Shown here: piece after piece, positions 9,339 to 18,344 of the stretch
Layout: every line of letters starts with the position of its first letter
How positions within the stretch are numbered: position 1 is the first letter of the stretch
From: a virus
IMG/VR virus record: IMGVR_UViG_3300020193_000003
Direction: 5' to 3' (one strand)
Length of the DNA stretch: 64,000 bases
Translations under genes and position numbers: made by a program
Notes under the pieces: model-generated
The model's database searches: none
Seen by the model: the letters and a program-made list of their open reading frames with translations, nothing else
Told to the model about the DNA's origin: nothing

Positions 9339-10385
9339 CTATTCCTTCGTTGTCATCGGTATCGTTTCCGCTATGTGGGTTGATCCGTACTGGGCAACGC
9401 ACCTGTTCTGGAAGACTGGATTGGATCCGGGCTCCATCCCTTCGGTCGGGGCGAACCATATCGAGTACTCGGACTTGCAGTATCTCTCGTAGTCGTCGTA
9501 AATGCTGTCGAACCATACGGGCGGGCACCATTGTTTTGACTCGTTGGTTTCGTAAATCTGTATGTTTGCGGTCTGGTCCGACCCTCCCTGACCGAAGAAG
9601 GTGAGATACGCGTAGCGCGTGCCCTTGGTCATCAGTGACACGCCGTGCGCACATATGTAGTTGGTCGGGAAAAATATGACTTCTCCCGCCTTGGGTTTGT
9701 AATCAATTCCTAGATGTGTGAACCTGAGGTGTCCTCCGACGAAGTTGGTCCCGTCGTACTCGGCTTCGTCGTCCACGCAATCGTTGAAATAGCACAAAGC
9801 GCCGGCAGTTTGCCTGAGGGCTACCTGACCGCGGGGCATGTACCTCACCCCGTTGGTTACTTTGTAGTTGGTGTCATTGTCAGAGTGAATGCCGAGCCTT
9901 CCGCGATCGTTGTAGCGCAGTATGTGGCCCCTCGTTTTCCACCATAAACTTCCGACGACGAGAGGGAAGTGGTCAATGTACTTCAGGAGGCACTTGTAGA
10001 TTTGATCCTCGAGGGCGACGAAATAATCAATCACGTCCACCGGGGTGTCTCTCCTGACTGGGGCGAGGAGTCTGACGGGCGTCTCGGGAATGTCCGACAA
10101 TCTGTACCTGAAACCGTCCTCGTTTATTCCGTATTCCTCGCCGTCCTCACCCGTGATATAACTCCACCTGTGCTTGTGGGCCTCTTCGGCGCAGGAGTCA
10201 ATGTGCGAGAGAACGAACGGAGCAACCTCGAATACGTTCCTAAACACCATTATCCCGTTCCCGAGATCCTCGCACTCGAGCTTGGAAATCTGCAACAGTT
10301 CCTCATCGCCGATCTTCGGGGTTCCTGGGAGCGCATCATCCATCGTGATCGATGCGTTGTCGTCGTGTCCTCCGCCGTAGCTCAT
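9339..10385 (-). CDS. Fe(II)/2OG oxygenase (P4H-like, HxDND subfamily)
   Basis: IHSDND...YFNDC...FVGG...AHGV...TKGTRY. Confidence 0.85.
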   Translation of the reverse strand: MSYGGGHDDNASITMDDALPGTPKIGDEELLQISKLECEDLGNGIMVFRNVFEVAPFVLSHIDSCAEEAHKHRWSYITGEDGEEYGINEDGFRYRLSDIPETPVRLLAPVRRDTPVDVIDYFVALEDQIYKCLLKYIDHFPLVVGSLWWKTRGHILRYNDRGRLGIHSDNDTNYKVTNGVRYMPRGQVALRQTAGALCYFNDCVDDEAEYDGTNFVGGHLRFTHLGIDYKPKAGEVIFFPTNYICAHGVSLMTKGTRYAYLTFFGQGGSDQTANIQIYETNESKQWCPPVWFDSIYDDYERYCKSEYSIWFAPTEGMEPGSNPVFQNRCVAQYGSTHIAETIPMTTKE

Positions 10386-11011
10386 GGGAGCATTTCCTCG
10401 AGCGCCTCAAGAACGGTCCACGAACCCCCAGCCGCCACCGACTGCTCCGACAGTGGCAAATCCATCCAGTTGAAGCGACCGACCATCTTCCCTTCGGGCG
10501 ACACCAGGAATTTTTCGTAGTTGTGGGGGACCCTCGCCATCGCCTGACCTGCGAGATTCTGACCCTCCGCCGCCGCCGCGGAACCATCAGCCCTGTTGTC
10601 GTCGTATGCCCTGACCATCGGGCCCTTGAGGAATGAGTACAGGGGGTGTTCGTTCTTTCCGTTGACATCGACTTTCACAGAAATTGGGAAGGTGACGAAG
10701 GGGAAGGTCGCCGAGAGAAACTCAGCAATTTCCTGGTTTTCAGCCGGCTCCTGCCTTCCGAATTGATTGCAGGGAACCCCGATGACCGTGAAACCCCTGG
10801 AGGCATATCTCACCTGCAGGGTTTCCATCTCCCAAAGCTGTCTTGCCGTTCTCGCATATGACCACAATCGGCTACACGACGGCGTGTATCCCGCCTTCGT
10901 GGCGATGTTGATGACGAGTGAGAATTTTCCCTTTGCCGCCGCGAGAATGTTTTCCCCGGTGCGTATATCGCGAAGATCTATCTCGTAGGCCGAATTTTGC
11001 GACATGGTCAC
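10382..11011 (-). CDS. Glutathione peroxidase-fold protein lacking the canonical peroxidatic Cys
   Basis: VINIATKAG (normally VNVASxCG), GVPCNQFGRQEP, KVDVNG...HPLY.FLK, NYEKFLV. Confidence 0.85.
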   Translation of the reverse strand: MTMSQNSAYEIDLRDIRTGENILAAAKGKFSLVINIATKAGYTPSCSRLWSYARTARQLWEMETLQVRYASRGFTVIGVPCNQFGRQEPAENQEIAEFLSATFPFVTFPISVKVDVNGKNEHPLYSFLKGPMVRAYDDNRADGSAAAAEGQNLAGQAMARVPHNYEKFLVSPEGKMVGRFNWMDLPLSEQSVAAGGSWTVLEALEEMLP

Positions 11012-11307
11012 TCCCTAAAAGCCGTGAATTCGCACAGGGCGAACTCTCCTATTTGGATTATTCCGGCCATGTTCGACTCGTCGGTCAGTGCACCGGTGAG
11101 CCAGACGTCAGTCGTCATCGGTATTTTCACGGGTATCCTCGCCGAGAAAGAACCGTCCTCCCCCGCGACGAGACCGTCAAACGGCACCTCGCCACGCAAG
11201 TGGGACGCTCGGCACTCGGCGTCGTACCTGAGGTCAAGGAAATACGTTTCGGGTCCGAAGGGCGTTTTAACGGTGGCGGTCCATTTTCCACTTATATCCA
11301 TGGGCAA
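11008..11307 (-). CDS. Small beta-rich hypothetical protein
   Basis: ISGKWTATVKTPFG N-terminus; GTGA overlap with the downstream gene. Confidence 0.6.
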   Translation of the reverse strand: MPMDISGKWTATVKTPFGPETYFLDLRYDAECRASHLRGEVPFDGLVAGEDGSFSARIPVKIPMTTDVWLTGALTDESNMAGIIQIGEFALCEFTAFRE

Positions 11308-11363
11308 ATCCTACATCAGTCGTCGGCTTGTGCGTTTCTGATTATCTTTTGCTCGGGAGCAAA

Positions 11364-11981
11364 TTACTCATCCAACAGTGCGCTTATTTGCGAACGCATC
11401 TTATCGTACACGATGTCCGGGGGTGCGCATATTCCTTCATCGTGGGCAAAAGACAGAAGGGCCCCGTTGTGCCATCTATACGACCTTTTCCCGTCCTTGG
11501 ACACGATGAACTTCTCAAAGTTGCCGTATATCGGCGCCTCCTCCCCGAGAGGATTCAGTGCCTGGTAAACGGGATCCGCAACTCTCCCGTCCGTTTCGTC
11601 TCCCCTGTCTCCCCTTGACACGGTCATGACGGCGAAGGGAAACGTGACTCCGTATTTGCTTCTGGCGAAGTCCTCGGCCATGACGGCGTTTCTCAGGCCG
11701 CCCTCGAATTCGCCGTAGGTTATGTCTTTCCCGCAATAGTCGTTGGTGGGAATGGCTACCACGGAAAAATCTCTGGCCGAGAACTCCTTGTGGAGGCTCT
11801 CGAGGATGGCGAACTGCGGAGCATTCCCGCAGTCTCCGGTCACGTTGACGAAAAGCGTGACCTTGCCCTCTCGTTGTCGCATCAGGTCGTGCGCTCCGCC
11901 GATGTCGCTCAACGACGCTTCGTAAACGGATCGCTCGTATTTGAACTCGCAGAAACCAGTCACGTCGCTATCCGCAGACAT
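11364..11981 (-). CDS. Glutathione peroxidase-fold protein
   Basis: GKVTLFVNVTGDCGNAPQF..LE.L, VVAIPTNDY, YGVTFP, GNFEKFIV. Confidence 0.82.
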   Translation of the reverse strand: MSADSDVTGFCEFKYERSVYEASLSDIGGAHDLMRQREGKVTLFVNVTGDCGNAPQFAILESLHKEFSARDFSVVAIPTNDYCGKDITYGEFEGGLRNAVMAEDFARSKYGVTFPFAVMTVSRGDRGDETDGRVADPVYQALNPLGEEAPIYGNFEKFIVSKDGKRSYRWHNGALLSFAHDEGICAPPDIVYDKMRSQISALLDE

Positions 11982-11985
11982 GTTT

Positions 11986-12711
11986 TTACCCCTTCAACAG
12001 CACCGTCGTCCCATAGAAGCTGGGCAAGTGGTAGGTCTTGCCGTGCGCCCGGAGTCTGTCATGCATATCGTAATACTGGTGCCAGCGGTACTCCGGCGAG
12101 TAGATCGCCGAGCTGTCGTTGGCGGACAAGATGACCACCGTGCCGCCGGGCTTCACGCCGTCAATCATTGCGTCGCAGAAATCGGGGTCGCTGGCCCAAG
12201 TGGATGCCACGGACAGGATCATGTCGAACTTCGGGGTTCTGTCCTCGAGTATCTCCGATTTGTCGTAGACCTTGTAGCCGACGGTCGTTCCAGGGGTCCT
12301 GTTTTTGCGATTCTCTTCGAACAGGTATAGCGATGCATTGTTCAGGAAATTGAGTTCTATGTCATCGAAGGTCCCGGCGACGAACAAAGGGTCACACGCA
12401 CCCATCAATGACTCCGGCGAGAATACGGACGACGGCTTGACCATGTCGAGAATCATCCTGACCCCGACCACTTGGCCGAAGAAAAGGCTGAACGTCTCTT
12501 CGGTCAGCCTGTTCGCGAAAAGGAAGTAATTCGTTACCTCATGCAGGCCGCGCGCAATAAAACGCGAGTCGACGTTGGCTTCGGCCATTGTGGTTCTGCA
12601 CCGAGTTACGAAGTCCTGGAGCTCCTGCCTGGTGTCTTCCGAGACTACGGTTTTGCCGACGGAGCCCAACTCCGCGGACACCATCGCCATTCTCAGGAGT
12701 TGGGGATTCAT
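11986..12711 (-). CDS. Possible class I SAM-methyltransferase-like protein
   Basis: FDMILS...(L/V)KPGG-TVVI motifs in the C-terminal half; no clear GxGxG motif I. Confidence 0.4.
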   Translation of the reverse strand: MNPQLLRMAMVSAELGSVGKTVVSEDTRQELQDFVTRCRTTMAEANVDSRFIARGLHEVTNYFLFANRLTEETFSLFFGQVVGVRMILDMVKPSSVFSPESLMGACDPLFVAGTFDDIELNFLNNASLYLFEENRKNRTPGTTVGYKVYDKSEILEDRTPKFDMILSVASTWASDPDFCDAMIDGVKPGGTVVILSANDSSAIYSPEYRWHQYYDMHDRLRAHGKTYHLPSFYGTTVLLKG

Positions 12712-13040
12712 TGTGCACCGGCGAATCTGGCGATCTGGATGTCAAAGTATGACCACCTGAGTTCCTTGACGAGCTTCTCGTACTCCTTCTTCATGTAGTA
12801 AATGCCAGGCGACGCGGCCGTCGTCGCATTGACGCTCTCGCCAAAAGATTGTCTGTCTATGCCGGGGATGAGTGTTTCCCTCAGTGCATCTATGGCTTCG
12901 TCAATCGTCGTCGTTGCGAGATTTTCGGCTGGTATCCCGGACATGAGCATGATCTTCGCCATTGAGTACTCGAGGTCGGCTTCGTTCTCCGAAGCATCGT
13001 AGAGCCTGTCGGGCGACCCCGCTGCACAACTTCTCGGCAT
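12708..13040 (-). CDS. Hypothetical protein (LEYS motif family)
   Basis: Tight operon packing; LEYSMAKI...SGIP resembles 13245-13460. Confidence 0.65.
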   Translation of the reverse strand: MPRSCAAGSPDRLYDASENEADLEYSMAKIMLMSGIPAENLATTTIDEAIDALRETLIPGIDRQSFGESVNATTAASPGIYYMKKEYEKLVKELRWSYFDIQIARFAGAQ

Positions 13041-13043
13041 CTC

Positions 13044-13241
13044 TTACTCCTCGGACGCTTGGATCTCTGTTGCGCTTGTGGTTCTAGCACCGCAGGTTAT
13101 CGACCACCCGAAATTCGTGAAGTACGCCCTCGTCGCTGGATCCCATTGCACGATGTCGTCCCTCATCTGCCGGAAGGCGTAGTTGGTGGGTCGTGACTCT
13201 AGGGGAGTTTCGAACGTCAGCGGGACCGACAATTTTTTCAC
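13044..13241 (-). CDS. Small hypothetical peptide (65 aa)
   Basis: GTG start 3 nt after the upstream stop; fills the operon gap exactly. Confidence 0.6.
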   Translation of the reverse strand: MKKLSVPLTFETPLESRPTNYAFRQMRDDIVQWDPATRAYFTNFGWSITCGARTTSATEIQASEE

Positions 13242-13244
13242 GGC

Positions 13245-13460
13245 TCACTCCCCGTCTATGGCGACGTAATTCTGGACCATCTTCTTGAGGGCTTCATGCA
13301 TCGGGAACGCAGGATCGGCCGCGTCTGTCTCGTGATCGTATGAATCGTTGATCGACTCAGGATCGACTCCGAGGCTGGCGCATATCACGGCTATTGAGTA
13401 TTCGAGTACGCTCCTGGCTTCTGCCTTGGCCGCCGCTAGTTTCTCCGCCGATAGGGCCAT
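13245..13460 (-). CDS. Small helical hypothetical protein (LEYS motif family)
   Basis: LEYSIAVICASLGVDP; operon packing. Confidence 0.65.
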   Translation of the reverse strand: MALSAEKLAAAKAEARSVLEYSIAVICASLGVDPESINDSYDHETDAADPAFPMHEALKKMVQNYVAIDGE

Positions 13461-13464
13461 TACG

Positions 13465-13695
13465 TTATTCCGTCTCGGCCAGTTTGTTCTTCAACATCTT
13501 CCAAGCGGCTAGCTCCCTTGCGAGATCAACTGACCTTGGGTTTGATGGGTCGGCGACGAACGAATTTTCGTCAAAAGTGTTCGGATCCATCCCCAGCACC
13601 AGGAGACCCGCTTGAACAGATGTCTCGACGGCCGTCAACGCCTCGTTGATCAGTCTCTTCTTTTCTTCGTTGTCAATCTTTGTCAAGAATTTCAT
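13465..13695 (-). CDS. Small helical hypothetical protein
   Basis: VETSVQAGLLVLGMDP resembles the neighbour's LGVDP; start reassigned to MKFLTK. Confidence 0.6.
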   Translation of the reverse strand: MKFLTKIDNEEKKRLINEALTAVETSVQAGLLVLGMDPNTFDENSFVADPSNPRSVDLARELAAWKMLKNKLAETE

Positions 13696-13750
13696 GTTTG
13701 ATCCCAATCTCGTGTTACGCCAGTATGGCTCGCAACCAATAATACACCTA

Positions 13751-14791
13751 TCATCTGAGCTCCTCGGGATTGATTATTCTTCCCCTCGATTGATTTGCCC
13801 CGATCACGCTGTCGTGGGCGTAGGGTTTTTTCAGACCATCCTCTCCCTCCAAAGTTCTGTTTTGGAACAGCGGGTTCGGCTTCTTGTGGAGCGTGGCCTG
13901 ATCCTTCATGTATTCGACCGCGAGGCAGTATTTCTTGTAGTCGTCGTAGAGCGGGTCAAGCCAGTGCGGATAGCACCACGTCTTCACATCGGAGGGCTCC
14001 CCGACGTCTACGAGAACCTCGTGATGCGGGCTGCCCTGGGCGTAGAAGGTGAGGTAGCCGTACCTGACTCCGGCGGTGACTGTCCTGACCCCGTGGGTTG
14101 CGTAGAAATTGCAGGGGAAGATCACGATGTCGCCCGCTTTGGCTGGGTGCTCAACACCCAGGTACGGAAAAAACAACTCGCCACCGGAGTACTGGTTTGC
14201 CCCGACACGGTCGGGCGACTCCGCGCAGTCATTGAAGTATGCCATTATCGCTACGGTCTGTCGCGCCCCGAGCTGCCCCTTTGGTATGTATCGTTTTCCC
14301 TCGCTGGACCTGTAATTGGTGTCGTTGTCGTTGTGAATCCCCAGGTAGTTGCCAGCAGAGTACCTCAGCGCATGACCCCTGGTTCTCCACCACAACGTCG
14401 GTAGCACCATCGGGAACTCGTCCGTGTACCGAATGACGCATTCGTACATCCTGTCTTCCAGGTACCTGAAGAAGTCCACCATCTCCTGCTCGGTGTGATC
14501 CTCCACGACGTTCAGCACCCTTACCGGGACTTCGTTGACCTGTTCGAGAGAAAACTTGTTTCCGTCCTCGTTTACGGCGTACCTGTTGCCAGCTTCGTCG
14601 ACGTCGTACCTCCACCGTTGCTCGTGGGCCGCCTTGCCCTGCTCGTCTATCCACGGAAGGAGTGTCGCCTGGTTTGGATCGAAGGCCTTCTCGAATACGA
14701 TTACTCCGCCACCCAGGTTTTGGGTGGACAAAGACGATATGCGAGCTATGGCCTCGTCGTCAATTTTGGGGTAGGTTCCCTCGTACCTCAT
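13751..14791 (-). CDS. Fe(II)/2OG oxygenase (P4H-like, HxDND subfamily)
   Basis: IHNDND...YFNDC...YSGGELFF...THGV.TVTAGVRY; close paralog of 9339-10385; ATGA overlap start. Confidence 0.85.
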   Translation of the reverse strand: MRYEGTYPKIDDEAIARISSLSTQNLGGGVIVFEKAFDPNQATLLPWIDEQGKAAHEQRWRYDVDEAGNRYAVNEDGNKFSLEQVNEVPVRVLNVVEDHTEQEMVDFFRYLEDRMYECVIRYTDEFPMVLPTLWWRTRGHALRYSAGNYLGIHNDNDTNYRSSEGKRYIPKGQLGARQTVAIMAYFNDCAESPDRVGANQYSGGELFFPYLGVEHPAKAGDIVIFPCNFYATHGVRTVTAGVRYGYLTFYAQGSPHHEVLVDVGEPSDVKTWCYPHWLDPLYDDYKKYCLAVEYMKDQATLHKKPNPLFQNRTLEGEDGLKKPYAHDSVIGANQSRGRIINPEELR

Positions 14792-15495
14792 GTTGTGGGA
14801 ACCGCTATTACCGGAAGACCCGTCGCGACTGGTCCAATCTGTTTTCCGTCTCCATCCAGGCCAGTTTTTATGCCCTTCGTCCAAGTCCACGGACGCTCGG
14901 TGTTGTTCTTGGTCTTCAGTTGGTCGTACTTGACCCGTTGGTCGATCAACTCCTTGTCGTCCCACAGGTTCTCAACGGAAACCGTCGCCGACGTCATGAC
15001 GGAGTTTTCGTAGACGTTGACGAAACAGAACGGCTCGCCGGCCTTGAAGGTGATCGGTTTTCCAACGATTCTGAGCCTCCAGTTCATCTGTACCTCGTCT
15101 GGCCACCAGTAACTCGGAACGGTTGCGGACAGAGCCTCGGCTTCTGGATGAAAATAATTTGGCGGTCCGGAGAACCATGTGCTGTACCCGGGTTCGGTTC
15201 TTATCACCCAACCCATGCCGAAGGAGATCATTCCGATTATCGAGCAATGAGCCTGCGCGCGCTGGTTCTTGGTGAACTCGCCGGAAAGAATCTTGGGTAC
15301 CGAGTTGCCGCCGTCCCACTGGACGGTGATGTCCTCGGCGACGACCATCTCCCAGCCGAGCACGTTCGCCGTCGTCATCGGAAGGCATTGGTAGGCGTGC
15401 TTTTTGTACGTCTCGTCCATCCATTCTCTTCTGATCCGTGATTGACGAATTTCGCACGGGAACTGCGTGGTTTTCACAAATCGAACGTGGGTCAC
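14788..15495 (-). CDS. DUF6065-like protein
   Basis: R.WMD.T..KHAYQCLPMTTAN.LGW...GPPNY...W...MNW..F.AGEPFC pattern as I recall it for DUF6065. Confidence 0.6.
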   Translation of the reverse strand: MTHVRFVKTTQFPCEIRQSRIRREWMDETYKKHAYQCLPMTTANVLGWEMVVAEDITVQWDGGNSVPKILSGEFTKNQRAQAHCSIIGMISFGMGWVIRTEPGYSTWFSGPPNYFHPEAEALSATVPSYWWPDEVQMNWRLRIVGKPITFKAGEPFCFVNVYENSVMTSATVSVENLWDDKELIDQRVKYDQLKTKNNTERPWTWTKGIKTGLDGDGKQIGPVATGLPVIAVPTT

Positions 15496-16229
15496 CTGTT
15501 GTCCGCCCACTCATCGGTGACGCCACGCGCCGCACGGGGGGCGGCGAGGTTGCCGTACTGGGACGCTTTGCCCTGATTCTTGTCGTTGTAGTCGAACATC
15601 GTCACCGCCGAGTACTTGACCCCAGTCGTGACCGGAAGCGCAGCGTGGGCGTATATGAATGTGGACGGGAAGAAAAGCGTGTCGCCCGCCTCGGGCTTGA
15701 ACTTGAGTTGAAAGTACGGGAAGAACAGCTCACCCCCCTCGTAGTCGTCATTGAGATACATGATCGACGAAATGGTGCAAACGTACGAGAATCCGTGGTC
15801 CGTGTGGACCTGAAAGTGTTGCCCGACGCCGTATCTGACGTAATTTATCGCTTCCATGAAATTCATCTTGACGTTGTACAGTGACTCGTAGTGCCTCAGG
15901 CACGCCGTCAGCGGATTCGTTGTGTCACGCCAAATGTTGGCGATTTCGGCGAACTCGGCGGGAGCCGATTCGGCGTAATTCTGATCTATCTTGCAATCGA
16001 CGCAATCCCTGTATTCTGGCATCCTTTGCTCGTGACCGACCAAAGCCTCCATCCACATGTACGGCGCCGTCTCGCTGTCTCCGATCGTTTTCTCTAGGCG
16101 GTCGATCAGTCCGAGCTCCTTCGGCAACATGTTTCGATAAACGATTATTCCCAATCTCGGGTCGCCGATGTATTCGGCGTTGACGCTCACCTGATTCTCG
16201 GTCGTCGCAGAAGTTTCTGTTTCGGTCAT
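15492..16229 (-). CDS. Fe(II)/2OG oxygenase (P4H-like)
   Basis: VHTD...YLNDDYEGGELFF...FPSTFIYAHAALPVTTGVKY. Confidence 0.88.
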   Translation of the reverse strand: MTETETSATTENQVSVNAEYIGDPRLGIIVYRNMLPKELGLIDRLEKTIGDSETAPYMWMEALVGHEQRMPEYRDCVDCKIDQNYAESAPAEFAEIANIWRDTTNPLTACLRHYESLYNVKMNFMEAINYVRYGVGQHFQVHTDHGFSYVCTISSIMYLNDDYEGGELFFPYFQLKFKPEAGDTLFFPSTFIYAHAALPVTTGVKYSAVTMFDYNDKNQGKASQYGNLAAPRAARGVTDEWADNR

Positions 16230-16325
16230 TGCTCCTCCAGTACGTACAGCATAGTCTGGTTCGTCGCCAGCAACATGGGGTGTATCATTGTTGAATCAAC
16301 GACGGGAACTGGGAGATTTGAACAT

Positions 16326-17225
16326 ATGTTGACACTCGCCGAAGACAGGGATTTGGTCAAGCTGCCAGTCTCAATCTACGATGTGAAGATTTCGTCCGCC
16401 GACGGAAAAACGAAGGATCTGCTCTCCGAGAAGAACGGCAAGGTAACCCTGATTTTCAATGTCGCTGCCGGGTGCGGAAACATACCCCAGCACGGAGTTC
16501 TGGAGGAGCTGAACCAGATTTACGCAGATGAGCCTGACTTCTCCATCGTCGCCGTGGTGGTCGATGATTTCGTCTGTCACGGATATCCGGAGTTCCAGAA
16601 CGGCCTCGACGAATACATAAGGACAAACGATCTGTCCCTTACGGCGGGGGAGATGGCGCAAAAGTATGCCGTGGATAATTTCGGCACCACATATCAGTTC
16701 ACCGAGTTGACCAACGGCAGGTACGACAAGCACACATACGACCCCAACTACCTACCGAACGAAAACAAGACGCAGGACATCCATCCGCTTTGGTACTACC
16801 TCACGGGATGCCACGACGCCGATTTCATGCCGAACGGCGCACCCTACACGGCCGAGCGCGTCCCGTGGTCGGACAGGGACGTTGCGGTCGAACATGGCAA
16901 GCGTTCCCAGCATCCCCTGACCGGCAACTTCACCAAGTTTCTGATCTCCCGGGACGGAACAAGGATTGTCCGATACCAGAACGGATTCCTACTCGGAGAG
17001 AGGGACAAATTCGGCAACTGCTTCCCGTGGGTCAAGGAGAAGTACAAGCCAGACGGCCGGCGAAATCACCTGCCCGGGGGTCACCACGACGAGAACGACG
17101 AGTTCCTGCGCCATTACGACCCCGAAAAGGGTTGTTGGCCCAACAAGCGACAGAGACTCGGAGTGGAGCTATCCCTTGAGATGATCTCCCAGGACATCAA
17201 TTACTTCTTGTCCCTCGGGAACTGA
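16326..17225 (+). CDS. Glutathione peroxidase-fold protein with long insertions
   Basis: GKVTLIFNVAAGCGNIPQH..LEEL, HPLW, GNFTKFLISRDG; GGGAG upstream of ATG 16326 (alternative start 16275). Confidence 0.75.
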   Translation: MLTLAEDRDLVKLPVSIYDVKISSADGKTKDLLSEKNGKVTLIFNVAAGCGNIPQHGVLEELNQIYADEPDFSIVAVVVDDFVCHGYPEFQNGLDEYIRTNDLSLTAGEMAQKYAVDNFGTTYQFTELTNGRYDKHTYDPNYLPNENKTQDIHPLWYYLTGCHDADFMPNGAPYTAERVPWSDRDVAVEHGKRSQHPLTGNFTKFLISRDGTRIVRYQNGFLLGERDKFGNCFPWVKEKYKPDGRRNHLPGGHHDENDEFLRHYDPEKGCWPNKRQRLGVELSLEMISQDINYFLSLGN

Positions 17226-17238
17226 CGTCGACGCGGCG

Positions 17239-18270
17239 TCACCCGACCAGCAGTCTTATCCTGTCCGAGAATTCCGACGCTCTGTTTTCTGGCCACCGCG
17301 ACTCGTCCTCTCCGAGAGCGCGGTAGTGAGTGATTATCGAGTTCCTCGTTCCGTAAAAGTCTTGCGGGACGCCCAGCCCGAGATCTCTCAACGGATACCC
17401 CCCGGAGTGGATCGCATTCCCGTGCCAGATTATGGCGTCACCGACTCTGGGATTGAACTTGAAAATCGTCCTTCCGTCCGAGTTCACCAAATCGTGATAG
17501 TACCTAAAGCAGACATCGCTTTGGCTCGCCAAATTGTGCTCGGTGACGATCGAGCGATCGACTTCTATCAAATGGGAATTCGGCGATATTTCAAAGAGCC
17601 CGCTCGCCGGGTGGTGATCCTCAAGGGCTATGAGCACCCCGAAAAGTCCGGGTTCTTCGGGGGGGAACTGTTCCATTTGGCTATCCCTGTGAAACAGTAT
17701 CTTCGACGATCCGACCCTGGCTTCGACCATCTGGGCCACGTATCGCCGCCCCAGCTTGGCGCAGAAATCGTTTACGAAGCTTGCGCAAACCAATTTTTCC
17801 ACCACCAAAGATTTGGCGAACTCATTCCGGGCTGACAGGTAAGACCGCGAATGATCCCCGCAATCCGATATCTCTTTTGAGTACTCGGATAAGAACTCGT
17901 TGATTAGATCCCTGTCCACGGCGTTGTTGACGACGACGAAGCCATCCTTCACGAACAGTTCGAGCGAGGCAGTTCCGTACCCAAGGCTTGCGATCCTGTA
18001 GTCAACCCATGCCATCTCTCCCACTATGGGGGAGTAGAAAAATCCGTTTATGAAAGTGTTTTTGAAGAAGGTGTTCAGGGCGTGTATCACACCGAGCGGG
18101 TTGTTGGCGCCGAGGCTCGACGCCAGTGCCTCCACGCCGTTCATTTCGATGAATTTCCAGGCGGACACCATCGTCGCCTGGCCCGTCCTGCCCACCGCTC
18201 CGAATTTGTTGGCCAGAGCACCCAACAAAGAGTAGTCGTGGTACGGGATTGACGTGTCTTTCATCATCAC
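17239..18270 (-). CDS. Phytanoyl-CoA dioxygenase (PhyH)-like Fe(II)/2OG oxygenase
   Basis: FHRD...IALED....G.FEISP.SH...GDAIIWHGNAIHSG...R.SIITHY. Confidence 0.78.
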   Translation of the reverse strand: MMMKDTSIPYHDYSLLGALANKFGAVGRTGQATMVSAWKFIEMNGVEALASSLGANNPLGVIHALNTFFKNTFINGFFYSPIVGEMAWVDYRIASLGYGTASLELFVKDGFVVVNNAVDRDLINEFLSEYSKEISDCGDHSRSYLSARNEFAKSLVVEKLVCASFVNDFCAKLGRRYVAQMVEARVGSSKILFHRDSQMEQFPPEEPGLFGVLIALEDHHPASGLFEISPNSHLIEVDRSIVTEHNLASQSDVCFRYYHDLVNSDGRTIFKFNPRVGDAIIWHGNAIHSGGYPLRDLGLGVPQDFYGTRNSIITHYRALGEDESRWPENRASEFSDRIRLLVG

Positions 18271-18344
18271 AGAGTTTTGACGTCTCGTCTCGGGGGGGTT
18301 CTTCGTCGGCTCGAAATCTACGAACGGCAGACTAACATAAGTCG

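Noticed and set aside
10382-17225. Selenocysteine (TGA) recoding in Gpx-like genes
   Set aside because: Active-site codons are Cys or Ala in uninterrupted frames; no in-frame TGA.
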